48,428 nucleotides of DNA from a virus (taxonomy: Duplodnaviria; Caudoviricetes): positions 1-48,428 of the IMG/VR virus record IMGVR_UViG_3300012665_000898, one strand, 5' to 3'. Below, piece after piece: positions 17,397-27,273 of the stretch; positions within the stretch are counted from its first letter, which is position 1, and every line of letters starts with the position of its first letter. Under the pieces are notes generated by a model that did no database searches, was not told the DNA's origin, and saw nothing but the letters and a program-made list of their open reading frames with translations. The translations under genes and the position numbers were made by a program.

Positions 17397-19817
17397 ATGA
17401 ATAAATTAAACACCAGTTACAACAGTTTAGGACTACCTCCCAAAGATAGTAAGCCTAATATTAATCAACGTACTGCTGAAATATATAACTACGTTACAAA
17501 GATAGTCCAAGAAGCAAAAGCTAATGGAGACTTAGCTCCTGGAGAAAACTTAAACATTGAAGGTATTGTTGGCCAAATACTTCAAGAAAGTGGTAACGGA
17601 ATGTCTGACTTAACTTTAAAAGGTAACAATTTTGGAGGAATTAAAGCAGACAATAACTGGGGAGGTGAAGTAATTAAAATGGGCGGTGCTACTTATAGAA
17701 AATTTGCTACACCAGAAGAAGGTTTAAAAAACCAAGTATATTTTTATATTGATAACCCTAGATACCGTAAGAACGGGGTTATGCAAGCTACTACTCCTGA
17801 AGAACATTTAAAAGCTGTACAAAAAGCTGGATATGCAGGAGACCCAAATTATGTAGCTAATACCATGAAAATGGTAAATTCTATTCAACCTAGGTTAAAA
17901 AAAGCAGGAGTTGCTCCTATGCCTACGACTACGACAGATGCACCAGTAGTTACTACAGAACAATTGCAACCTCAAGTAGAAGCAGACTTAACACCTACAA
18001 AATTAAAAACAATTCCTGTTACAGCTTTAACAGGAAATATGCAGATGCCTACAGGTCCTGTAGAAATGAATAGTCAATACGGTAGTCAAGCTTATGTACA
18101 AAAAGTACCTCAAGCACAAGAACAAGATATAGAAATTCCAACAGGTTGGTTTGGTTCAGGAAAAAGTTTATTTAATTACGGAGGTAATTTAAATTCAATG
18201 AATATGAGAAGTTATAACAGATATGCAGGAGGGGGTCCTATGGAGCAATTAACTCAGTTTAATGCTGGAGGATTACATGAAGAGAATCCTTTAGGAGGTA
18301 TTCCACAAGGCATGAGTCCTGATGGACAAATGAATTTAGTAGAGCAAGGTGAAACTAAATTAAATTCTGCCAACTATATATTCTCTGATAAACTAAAAGT
18401 AGACAAAGCAATAGCGGAAGAATTTAATCTCCCTAAGTCTACTATTGGCAAAACTTTCTCAGAAGCTTCTAAAAAAGCTGACCGTCCTCATTCTCGTAGA
18501 GAAGGAGACGATATTGAAACTAAAGCTAAACAAAGAGATTTAGATGCATTAATGCAAGCTCAAGAAGCTTATAAACAAAAAGATGCAGAACAAAAAATTG
18601 CAGAACTTCAAGCTTTACATCCTGAAGCATTTGCGTCATTAGTAGGTCAGCAAGGTGGTATGCCTCAAGACCCAATGGCTATGGGACAAGAACAAATGCC
18701 TATGGGTGCTGAAGGAGGAATGTCTCCAGAAGAACAAATGATGATGCAAGAACAAATGGCTATGCAAGGTATTCCTCAAAGTTATGGAGGACAGATGTAT
18801 GCATTTGGAGGTAACATGAAGAATCCAGAAGCTGCTCAAAAATGGGCAAAAGGATTAGGTATGGCTGCACCATTTTTAAATTTAATACCAGGTGTAGGAC
18901 AAGTAGCTTCTTTAGCTGCAGGAGCAGCATCAGCAGGTTTAGGAATGGCTGCTAACAATGCTATGACAGCTCAATCAGAAGAACAAGCAATGTTAGAAGC
19001 TAATCGTATGGGTAATGATTATGGTGGAGCAGTTCCTCCAATGAATCCTGCTTTAGGATATGCTTATGGAGGATACATGGGAAGACAATTTGCTCCAGGA
19101 GGACCATTAGGCCCAGGATTACAAGGATTTGATGCAGATTCTAACGGTGATGGTATTCCTGATTACTTAGGAGCATCTACAACTACTATGGGAGCTCCCG
19201 CAACAAATACTCCAAAAAGTAAATACGATGTAAGCTTAGACGATAGTAAACAAGATTTAACTGTTAATGAAACTGCTGGAGAGTTTATTGGAAAATATGC
19301 TCCAGCTGCGGTAAACTTAGCAAGAGGATTATTTGAAAAAGTAGAAACAGCTCGTCCTGAAGATTTTTATACAAAAATTAATCCTTACAGAATGGATTTT
19401 AATCCTGCTAGAAGAGATGCAGAACAAGGATTTGCTTCTTTACAAAATTCAATGGCAGGTGCAGGTCCTGGTGCAGGTTCTTACATGACTAATATGCAAA
19501 ATGCTATGATGATGCGTAATAAAGCTATGCAAGATATTAACGCTACTGAAGAAAATGCTTATCAACAAAGTAAATTCACAGCAGATGCTACAAATGCAGC
19601 AGCTCTTACACAAGCTAAAAAAGATGCTTACGGAATTAACTTAGCAAACAGAGCAGCTAAAAATGCTTTACTTAATCAAGGATTAACAGATGTATCAGAT
19701 ATAGCAAAAGCTAACCAACAAAATAAATTAGCTACTTCTTATTATTCTATGATGGCTCCAGATTTTGCTGGTAGAGTAGGATTTAATCCTTTATTTAATA
19801 AAAAAAGAGGGCAATAA
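17397..19817 (+). CDS. Cargo protein (crAss cargo-1-like) with N-terminal GH73 glucosaminidase domain
   Basis: QILQESGNG, NNFGGIKA, YRKFAT, AGYAGDPNY match FlgJ/GH73. GGLHEENPLGGIPQG..NLVEQGET..YIFSDKL matches a crAss cargo motif as I recall it. Gly/Ala hydrophobic stretch; no Cys seen. Confidence 0.75.
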   Translation: MNKLNTSYNSLGLPPKDSKPNINQRTAEIYNYVTKIVQEAKANGDLAPGENLNIEGIVGQILQESGNGMSDLTLKGNNFGGIKADNNWGGEVIKMGGATYRKFATPEEGLKNQVYFYIDNPRYRKNGVMQATTPEEHLKAVQKAGYAGDPNYVANTMKMVNSIQPRLKKAGVAPMPTTTTDAPVVTTEQLQPQVEADLTPTKLKTIPVTALTGNMQMPTGPVEMNSQYGSQAYVQKVPQAQEQDIEIPTGWFGSGKSLFNYGGNLNSMNMRSYNRYAGGGPMEQLTQFNAGGLHEENPLGGIPQGMSPDGQMNLVEQGETKLNSANYIFSDKLKVDKAIAEEFNLPKSTIGKTFSEASKKADRPHSRREGDDIETKAKQRDLDALMQAQEAYKQKDAEQKIAELQALHPEAFASLVGQQGGMPQDPMAMGQEQMPMGAEGGMSPEEQMMMQEQMAMQGIPQSYGGQMYAFGGNMKNPEAAQKWAKGLGMAAPFLNLIPGVGQVASLAAGAASAGLGMAANNAMTAQSEEQAMLEANRMGNDYGGAVPPMNPALGYAYGGYMGRQFAPGGPLGPGLQGFDADSNGDGIPDYLGASTTTMGAPATNTPKSKYDVSLDDSKQDLTVNETAGEFIGKYAPAAVNLARGLFEKVETARPEDFYTKINPYRMDFNPARRDAEQGFASLQNSMAGAGPGAGSYMTNMQNAMMMRNKAMQDINATEENAYQQSKFTADATNAAALTQAKKDAYGINLANRAAKNALLNQGLTDVSDIAKANQQNKLATSYYSMMAPDFAGRVGFNPLFNKKRGQ

Positions 19818-19834
19818 CATTAATATAATTAGCT

Positions 19835-22660
19835 ATGGCAATCAGTGCGGCAATACAACCAATAAAAACAGAGTATAAACCTTTAGGTTTAGAAGCTTTT
19901 GCAAAGCCTTTATCAGCTATGCAAGAAAAGTTTGATACAACAAAATCAGAGATAGAAGCTGCAGATTTTGGACTTTCTAGATTATCTAAAGATGACCCTA
20001 GAGCAAAAGCTTTATTGGAAGAAATAGAAAGTGCTAAAGAAGAATTAGCTCAAAATTTAATGACTACGACTAATTATCGTCAAGCTGCTCAAAAACTTTT
20101 GCGATTAAATAAACAATGGAATAAAGATCCTGAAACTTTAGCTATTAAAGGTAATTACGAAGCATACAATGCTGCTAAAGCAGATGTAGATAAAATGGTA
20201 GAAACAGGAAAATTAAATCCTGAAGATGCTAAATTATGGGACTTTAAAACTTTAGGAGAATTTTCAGGTACTAAATTTGCTAATGGTAAATATAGTTCTA
20301 TTAATGCAGAAAGACCCATGGAAAACATGGAGAAAGCTATTAGAGAGGAATCTTTAAAAGTAGCAGGAATGACTGCAGACCAAATTAAAGAATATGTTAC
20401 TGAGAAAAATGTAGACGCTTTCACAAAAGAAAGAATTCAGACGCTTATTAAAGAAAAGAAATTTGATCAAATTGCTCCAGAAATTTTAAACTTCTTAAAA
20501 ACTTCTGATACATATAAGCAATGGTTAACAGAAAAAGGTGATAGAGAGTTTTATTACAAAAATAAAACTGATGAAAACTTTAAATATACATTACCTGAAG
20601 AAACTGTTAATTTATTGGATTACAATATTAGCACTTTAAATAAAGCTTTAGGTAATCCTAACTTAGGAGAGGAAGGTAAAGCTAATATTAAAAGCCAATT
20701 ACAATCTTTAAATAATCAAAAAAATGAGATTGTAAACACTTATAATAGTTTAACTACTCCAGAAGAGTTTGAGCAATTTAGTAGAGATTTATATTTACAA
20801 CATACTCAAAATAAATTAAAAGATATTGCTGAGGGAGCTGCAGATATAGTAGATTACAAATCAACTACTTATACTATTACTGACCAAGTTGACCAAGAAG
20901 CTAAAGCTAAAGCTGCAGGTTCTTTAAAACTTTTAGATGAAATTGGAGATGTAACAGTTAACTCTGTGTCTACTAAAGGGGACAAAAATACTTTAATTAT
21001 GAGTGGAGAAGCTACAGGAAATGTAGATAATTTTAACTTAGCTACTTATGAGCAAATGAAATTTACAGAACCTTCACAAATTCCTCAACTAAAAGACATT
21101 AAAATTAATCCTGGTAATACTGACGCAGTAAATAGTTTAGAAGCTTCTAAAGATATGTTTGTAATATTAGGAAGAACTGATAAAAATAATAAAGAAATTC
21201 TAGATAAAGAAGCAAAAGTAGAGTTACTAAAAAAACAATTAGCAAAAGCTGCTGGAGCAGACAAAGAAAGAATAAAATCAGAGTTAGACACAGCAAGACA
21301 AGATGCACAGGAATTAAAAGTAGGCTTAACTAGTGAAAACCAAACTTTAACTAACATTATCGAGTCTACTACTAATGACCCAGAGATTAAAAAATTATGG
21401 GAAGAGTCTGGTAAATCTATAATTCCTTTTATGCAAAAAATAAATACTGCTACTGTAAATTATTTACAAGGAACTCCAACAGCAAGTGCTGAGGCAGCTA
21501 AAGCAGATTTTATTAAAAGAGAGACTTCAACAATGGAGTGGGATGCTGCAACAAACTCATCTAAGTTAGTCCCTAATCCTATGTTAACTCCTGAAGAAAT
21601 TAAAGCTATCGAAATTAAAGCAGAAAATTTATTTAATGCTAAAAATTATGTAGATGCTAGTAGTGCTGAGTCTAAAAAATTAGCAGAGTATAGTACTAGA
21701 ATAATGGGAGCTTACAGAAGTAATTTGGCAGTAAACCAATATGCTATTGGACAAGAAATTAGTTATACCGAAGGTACTGATAAATTTATGAATGGTAAAT
21801 TTTCAGAAGCTATAGAATATATTAAAGAAAATCAAAGAGGAGCTTCTACTGTAAGTAGAGCAGATTTTAATGTTAAAACAGGAGAAACTAAACTAGTAGA
21901 CAATAATAATTTTCATTTAGATGTTTATGAACCTACTCCTCATTATGTAGGATTAAATCAAAACGGTATCCCTATATTTAGATATGTTAGAAAAACTGTC
22001 TTTGCAGATGGAGCTAAAACTGCAAATAGCTTAATTGCTGATTCTATTAAAAAACAAAAAGGGGGTGTAGCGGAAAACACTAAATTAGTACCAAAACCTG
22101 AAGAAGTAAAAGCATGGAAAGCGGCAAATCCACAAGATTTATATTTATTGCTACCAGGTTGGGGAGGAAATCCTTCTAAAGCTGCTGAAGATAATTATGT
22201 AGAAATAGCAAATACAGCATTGCAGATTAATAATATGGATGCTATGCAGAAAAATGTTGCTAATTATGCTCCAGTACATTTAGTAAGTAATGCTAAACGT
22301 AGAGAAAGTTATTATAAAATGTCTGCTCGTTTAGAAGATGCTGTTAAAAATGGTCATAAATTTACAGAAATAGTGCAACCTCCTGCTGCATGGAAAGATA
22401 ATGGTAATGGTACTTTTACAGGATTTGCTATTACTTATAAAGTAATAGACGGTCAAGTATTAGCTTCTGTTAATCAAGGGATATTAGGTAAAAATAATGA
22501 AGTAACTTGGCAACCTGTTCAAACGTATGATATGCAATCTTTTAGTAATTTACCAGCAGGTTTAGTACAATTAGATTTAATGTACGGTACAGGAGATGAA
22601 GACGATTTAGTTCGTAAATCAGGATTATCTTCAGGACCTTTTGTTCCTGCTTTTAGATAA
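19835..22660 (+). CDS. Large helical virion cargo/ejection protein
   Basis: 941 aa, no Cys seen, N-terminal Y.PL motif then coiled coils; lies between cargo-1 and the RNAP-associated genes. Confidence 0.65.
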   Translation: MAISAAIQPIKTEYKPLGLEAFAKPLSAMQEKFDTTKSEIEAADFGLSRLSKDDPRAKALLEEIESAKEELAQNLMTTTNYRQAAQKLLRLNKQWNKDPETLAIKGNYEAYNAAKADVDKMVETGKLNPEDAKLWDFKTLGEFSGTKFANGKYSSINAERPMENMEKAIREESLKVAGMTADQIKEYVTEKNVDAFTKERIQTLIKEKKFDQIAPEILNFLKTSDTYKQWLTEKGDREFYYKNKTDENFKYTLPEETVNLLDYNISTLNKALGNPNLGEEGKANIKSQLQSLNNQKNEIVNTYNSLTTPEEFEQFSRDLYLQHTQNKLKDIAEGAADIVDYKSTTYTITDQVDQEAKAKAAGSLKLLDEIGDVTVNSVSTKGDKNTLIMSGEATGNVDNFNLATYEQMKFTEPSQIPQLKDIKINPGNTDAVNSLEASKDMFVILGRTDKNNKEILDKEAKVELLKKQLAKAAGADKERIKSELDTARQDAQELKVGLTSENQTLTNIIESTTNDPEIKKLWEESGKSIIPFMQKINTATVNYLQGTPTASAEAAKADFIKRETSTMEWDAATNSSKLVPNPMLTPEEIKAIEIKAENLFNAKNYVDASSAESKKLAEYSTRIMGAYRSNLAVNQYAIGQEISYTEGTDKFMNGKFSEAIEYIKENQRGASTVSRADFNVKTGETKLVDNNNFHLDVYEPTPHYVGLNQNGIPIFRYVRKTVFADGAKTANSLIADSIKKQKGGVAENTKLVPKPEEVKAWKAANPQDLYLLLPGWGGNPSKAAEDNYVEIANTALQINNMDAMQKNVANYAPVHLVSNAKRRESYYKMSARLEDAVKNGHKFTEIVQPPAAWKDNGNGTFTGFAITYKVIDGQVLASVNQGILGKNNEVTWQPVQTYDMQSFSNLPAGLVQLDLMYGTGDEDDLVRKSGLSSGPFVPAFR

Positions 22661-22683
22661 TACCTATTTTTTTAATATCTTTG
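22652..22683 (+). promoter_or_regulatory. Candidate Bacteroidota promoter
   Basis: TTTA (22652-22655), 20 nt spacer, exact TATCTTTG (22676-22683), 19 nt before ATG 22703. Confidence 0.5.
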
Positions 22684-22702
22684 AAGTAATTATCAGGCAG
22701 TT

Positions 22703-25700
22703 ATGGAACAAAACGAAAAACCAGTAAAAGTTAAAGGAGTTGCTACTGAAGGAGATACTACTCCTACTCCAGCAATAATGCCTAAAGTTACCAAGTCTAG
22801 TACGTTTGCAGATGTAACTCCTGGTAAAGAAAGATTAGCTAAATTAGGTACTGTTGCTACTGCCCCAACTGCCAATTACATTCCTGGATACGAAACAGGA
22901 ATTGATAAAAGAGCTGTTGATAGTTTATATGCTACTATAGATTTAGCTAAAGCTATTCCTGATCAATATGAAAGAGAAAAATACATAGAGTATAATAAAG
23001 ATAAACTTGTACAATTAATGACTCCTGATAAATATGGAGTTAGATTTACAAAAGATTTACAGGATTATGCTGTATTTAAAGAAAAAAAGTATGACCAACA
23101 AGTTAAAAAATTCTTAGATGACTTAGATGAAAATCAAGGATTTTTAGAAGCTTTAGGTTTAACAGCTGCAAAACTTGTAGGAAAAACTGCCGTAGCTGTG
23201 GGAGGGGTAATTCCTGTTGTTTACGGTATAGGAAGTGCTCTTTTTAATTGGGATGCTGATAAAATATTCAATAACACAGCATTCGATGCTTGGGAAGTAA
23301 TGGACCAAGGATTAGATAAACATCTAGCTGTTTATGGCGGATACGATTATACACAAGGAAATAAAGGATTTTTTGCTAGAATGGCAGATAATCCTATGAA
23401 ATCTATTAATGCTGATATTATTCCTGCAGCATCCTTTGTAGCAGGTGCTATTATTTCAGAATTAGCTGCAACTGCTTTAGCTCCTTTTACTGGAGGTACA
23501 ACTGTTGCCGCAAATACTGCTAGATTAGGAGCACAAGCTACTAATCTATTTTCTAAAGGAATGCGTACTATACGAGGTTTAGATACAGTAGGAGATTTTG
23601 CTAATATGCGTAATATAGCAGAGTTAACTAAAGTATATCGAGCAGGTATTGGTACAGCTACTTCTATGGTACGTTCTGCAGGTTACGAATCGGCATTAAT
23701 GGCTAGAAGTGCTTCTGATAAAACTTATAAGCAATTAGTAGCTAACCATAGAACTGTTAATGGTACAGAGCCTACAGAAAATCAAAAGGCTTTATATAGA
23801 GAAAGAGCTGATGATGCAGGAGAATATACTTGGGCTGCTAATATTCCTTTAGTAGGTTTTTCTAACATGATTCAATTTTCTAAAGTATTTGCTGGAGGAT
23901 TAAAAGTTAGTAAAGCATTATCTAGATTAAATCCATTAAAACTTACAGGAACAAGTGCTGTTGGAGGAAAAGTTATTGCTAACGCAGATAAATTTAAACC
24001 TTGGCAACGTACTGCTATCTTAGGAGGAACTGCTTTAAAATCAGGTATTACTGAAGGTTTTGAAGAATTTGCACAAGGAGCTATAGAAAATGGAACGGCT
24101 GATTACTTTACTTCTAAATATACTATTGGGGCAAAGAATACAGCAGCTAGTTACATTGATTCAATAGCAACTGCTGCTAGAAACTATGTAGGAACTACTG
24201 AAGGACAAGATTCCATTACTATTGGAGCACTAATGGGTATGTTAGGAATGCGTCTTCCCGTTAAAATGGACGAGCAAGGAAATGTTAAGTTCTCTTTAAG
24301 AGGACAGCATTTTGGAGGGGCTTACCAAGAAATTAAAGATGTAAAAGCTAAAATAAAAGAATCTAGAGAAACTGCTGAGTACATTAAAAATAATTCAATA
24401 GACCCTATTTTAAAGGCAAATTTTGATAACATGTTAAGCAACATTACTTCTCAAGCAGAGATGGATGATGCTATTTTACGTGGAGATAATTTTACTTTTA
24501 AGAATAAAGAATTTGAACAAACTTTTTCTCATGTTAGTACTAAAATTAAACAAGGTATTGGAGACACAGTAATTCAAGAAATTGAAGCACTAGAGCAATT
24601 ATCTTTAGAAGATTTTAATACACAGTTTGCACATCCTGGTGTAAAAGAATTTACAGAAGAAACTAAAAAAGAAGCTTTAAGTAAATTTAAAAACCAGACT
24701 AAAAATATTATTAAAGCTCATGAACAAGTTGAAACAGCTTTTAATGATACAAAACATTTAGTAGATTTTGCAAGAACAGATTTTAAAGCAATTGATAACC
24801 CAGAGTTTTTTACAGCTATAAAAGAACAAATGGCTTTCTTATTAGCTTCTAGTGATAATCTAGAAATGCGAGAGACAGAATTGCAAAATGAAGTACGTGA
24901 AAAAACTAATGGTAAAATTTCTCCAGATATTGTAAATAAATTAGTTGCTCAAGTTGCTAAGTTAACTCCAGAAGGTAAAGCAGAGTTTATTAATTCAGGA
25001 AATGAATTATACAAAGCTGCTTTAGAAAATTGGAAAGAAGAAGACATTAATAGCTACAATACATATGTAGACCAAGTAAAACCTTTATTAAAAGATTTGC
25101 TTCGAATTAAAGCTAAACGTGCAGAGTCTACATCTTTGTATAGAGCTTTATTTACAAAAAAAGGTGCTAACAATTTTGCTACATTCCATGACGAATTACA
25201 AGCTAAGTTTAATGAAGACGTACTAGCAAAATTACAAGAAGCTATAGCAGAAAAACTTAAAGGAGCTAAATCTTCAGAAAGAGTTGTAAAAACTGCTTCT
25301 GACGAAGCTTCTATTTCTGGAAGTACTCCTGCTGTAGATGCTAAACTTGCTGAAGAAAGTGATGCAGTAGATGCAGCATTACGTGCAGAATTAAATAGTA
25401 CTGACCCTGAAGCAGTAAAGGATGTAGCGGACGAATCAGAATTATTTGATAAAGTAGATTCTGCAGCTATGGTAGCAATGCTTCAAAAAAATCCTACATT
25501 GTTTGCAGAGATTTTAAATCGTCTAGCTAATGAAGGCAATGAGATATATGGATTAAGCAATATTGACCAATTAGATGAAATACTTGCTACTAATCCTGAT
25601 GCAGAAGCATTAATTGCAGGAACACTTGCAACTATTCTAAAAGAAAATGCCGCAGCTAAGGCTCTAAAACCTGTAGTGCAAACCTTTGCTAATCCTTTAG

Positions 25701-27265
25701 ACAAAGACCAACCTGCTCCAAAAAATTCAGATGCTGACAATTTTGAAGATATATTTGGGGCTAAATTAGATGAAGTAGTATCAATATTTACTAAAGGCAC
25801 TAATGTATCAGAAGTTAGTATTGTTCCTATTACTCATGACAAAAATATTGTCAATGGTAAAGTACAAAGAGATCCTGCTACAGGAAGATTTGTTAAAAAA
25901 GCTACCGACCAAAAAGTAGATACAGCGACTATTAACTCACCAGAGTTTTTAAGTAATGAAGAACTAGCTAATAATATCAAAGAGGCTACTCTTAAAATTG
26001 CTGACAACGACTACAATAAAACTAATCCTTCTGTAGAAGATATTGCTATTGACCTTTATCATGGTGATGTGTTCATTGGTAGACTACCTGCTTTTAAACC
26101 AGGCATGGATGCTAACTTATTAGAATTAAGAAAAGCAGTAGTTGCTCAAGAAACAAGCCGCACTGCAACTACAAATATAGAAGCTAAAAAAGCTGATATA
26201 GAAAAAAGAAGACAAGAAGAACTAAGACAAAATTTGTCTAAAACAGACTTTGCCATTTCTTTATTTCCTGCTTTTGCTCAAAGTAATATGAGCCAAGGGG
26301 GTGGTGCATATATGGAAGTTAATTTTGGTAAAAACAATATTTTCAGATTAGACACTTATCTAACCCCTTCTGCTATTAATGGACAATATCCTTCAATTAC
26401 AGATGGTAAAGCACAGTTATACGGAGAAATGTCTGATGGCACTAAAATCTCTTTACCTTGGAATCAGTTAAAAGATTTATTAAACAGTATTAAAGCAGTA
26501 GATACAAAAGGAGAGGTTGTTTATGAATTTGATATAAATAAAATCAATGCTAAATATGATTCAGAATTAGCTGCTTTAGAAACTACTAAACCTAAAACTA
26601 GTAATAAGCAAATAGAATCTTTAAAAGCAGAAATACAAGATTTAAAAGATTCTATAAAAGCAATTTTAGATAAAAATACTACAGAAGTAGTTCCTGCTGA
26701 ACCTGATACTAATTTTACAGGAGAAGTTAGTTACATAAAATCTCCTATTTCTGACGGTAGTTTTCTTGTAGATCATGAAAGCAAGACTGCTAAATTTGCG
26801 GAGTCTATGTTTAAACTAACATTAAACCCAAATAATCCAAATGAGGCTACTATTGAATTTATAGGAGACGAAAAAGTGACAATTCATGCTTTTAATTTTC
26901 CTGAAGAAAATATAGAGAAAGTTTCTGATTATTTAAACAGTATGATAAAAGGTAATCCTAATAAAATAATTACTGTTAGAAAAGGTATAGTAGAAAAAAA
27001 GGGAGATAAATGGGTGCTTAAACAAAAAGCTAAATTAGCTTTCGGAGATTCTAGTAAAACTGCTAAAGATTATGAAAATCTATTAACTACTACAAAACCT
27101 ACTAGTGAAATAAATGATAATCTAAGTAGACAACTTGTTAAAGGATTAGAAGAAAACATTAAAAGTAAAGAAACAGAGTTAACTGCTTTAGAAAATACCT
27201 CTATAGTAGAAAATAATTTTGACGCTATTATACAGCAATTAAATATTAAAACCGATTGTAAATAA
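22703..27265 (+). CDS. Large virion cargo/ejection protein with membrane-inserting Gly/Ala-rich segments
   Basis: 1520 aa. Hydrophobic G/A stretches, ES..MAR, EGFEE..QG, EG..S..IGALMG motifs; single Cys at the penultimate residue. Confidence 0.7.
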   Translation: MEQNEKPVKVKGVATEGDTTPTPAIMPKVTKSSTFADVTPGKERLAKLGTVATAPTANYIPGYETGIDKRAVDSLYATIDLAKAIPDQYEREKYIEYNKDKLVQLMTPDKYGVRFTKDLQDYAVFKEKKYDQQVKKFLDDLDENQGFLEALGLTAAKLVGKTAVAVGGVIPVVYGIGSALFNWDADKIFNNTAFDAWEVMDQGLDKHLAVYGGYDYTQGNKGFFARMADNPMKSINADIIPAASFVAGAIISELAATALAPFTGGTTVAANTARLGAQATNLFSKGMRTIRGLDTVGDFANMRNIAELTKVYRAGIGTATSMVRSAGYESALMARSASDKTYKQLVANHRTVNGTEPTENQKALYRERADDAGEYTWAANIPLVGFSNMIQFSKVFAGGLKVSKALSRLNPLKLTGTSAVGGKVIANADKFKPWQRTAILGGTALKSGITEGFEEFAQGAIENGTADYFTSKYTIGAKNTAASYIDSIATAARNYVGTTEGQDSITIGALMGMLGMRLPVKMDEQGNVKFSLRGQHFGGAYQEIKDVKAKIKESRETAEYIKNNSIDPILKANFDNMLSNITSQAEMDDAILRGDNFTFKNKEFEQTFSHVSTKIKQGIGDTVIQEIEALEQLSLEDFNTQFAHPGVKEFTEETKKEALSKFKNQTKNIIKAHEQVETAFNDTKHLVDFARTDFKAIDNPEFFTAIKEQMAFLLASSDNLEMRETELQNEVREKTNGKISPDIVNKLVAQVAKLTPEGKAEFINSGNELYKAALENWKEEDINSYNTYVDQVKPLLKDLLRIKAKRAESTSLYRALFTKKGANNFATFHDELQAKFNEDVLAKLQEAIAEKLKGAKSSERVVKTASDEASISGSTPAVDAKLAEESDAVDAALRAELNSTDPEAVKDVADESELFDKVDSAAMVAMLQKNPTLFAEILNRLANEGNEIYGLSNIDQLDEILATNPDAEALIAGTLATILKENAAAKALKPVVQTFANPLDKDQPAPKNSDADNFEDIFGAKLDEVVSIFTKGTNVSEVSIVPITHDKNIVNGKVQRDPATGRFVKKATDQKVDTATINSPEFLSNEELANNIKEATLKIADNDYNKTNPSVEDIAIDLYHGDVFIGRLPAFKPGMDANLLELRKAVVAQETSRTATTNIEAKKADIEKRRQEELRQNLSKTDFAISLFPAFAQSNMSQGGGAYMEVNFGKNNIFRLDTYLTPSAINGQYPSITDGKAQLYGEMSDGTKISLPWNQLKDLLNSIKAVDTKGEVVYEFDINKINAKYDSELAALETTKPKTSNKQIESLKAEIQDLKDSIKAILDKNTTEVVPAEPDTNFTGEVSYIKSPISDGSFLVDHESKTAKFAESMFKLTLNPNNPNEATIEFIGDEKVTIHAFNFPEENIEKVSDYLNSMIKGNPNKIITVRKGIVEKKGDKWVLKQKAKLAFGDSSKTAKDYENLLTTTKPTSEINDNLSRQLVKGLEENIKSKETELTALENTSIVENNFDAIIQQLNIKTDCK

Positions 27266-27273
27266 TAAATATA

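Noticed and set aside
18650-18800. Met/Gln/Pro-rich stretch as a DNA repeat element
   Set aside because: Low-complexity disordered protein linker with no exact nucleotide periodicity.
11054-19817. CRISPR array or diversity-generating retroelement behind the repeats
   Set aside because: Repeats are short, in-frame, protein-level and irregularly spaced. No reverse transcriptase or adenine-specific template/variable repeat pair was seen.
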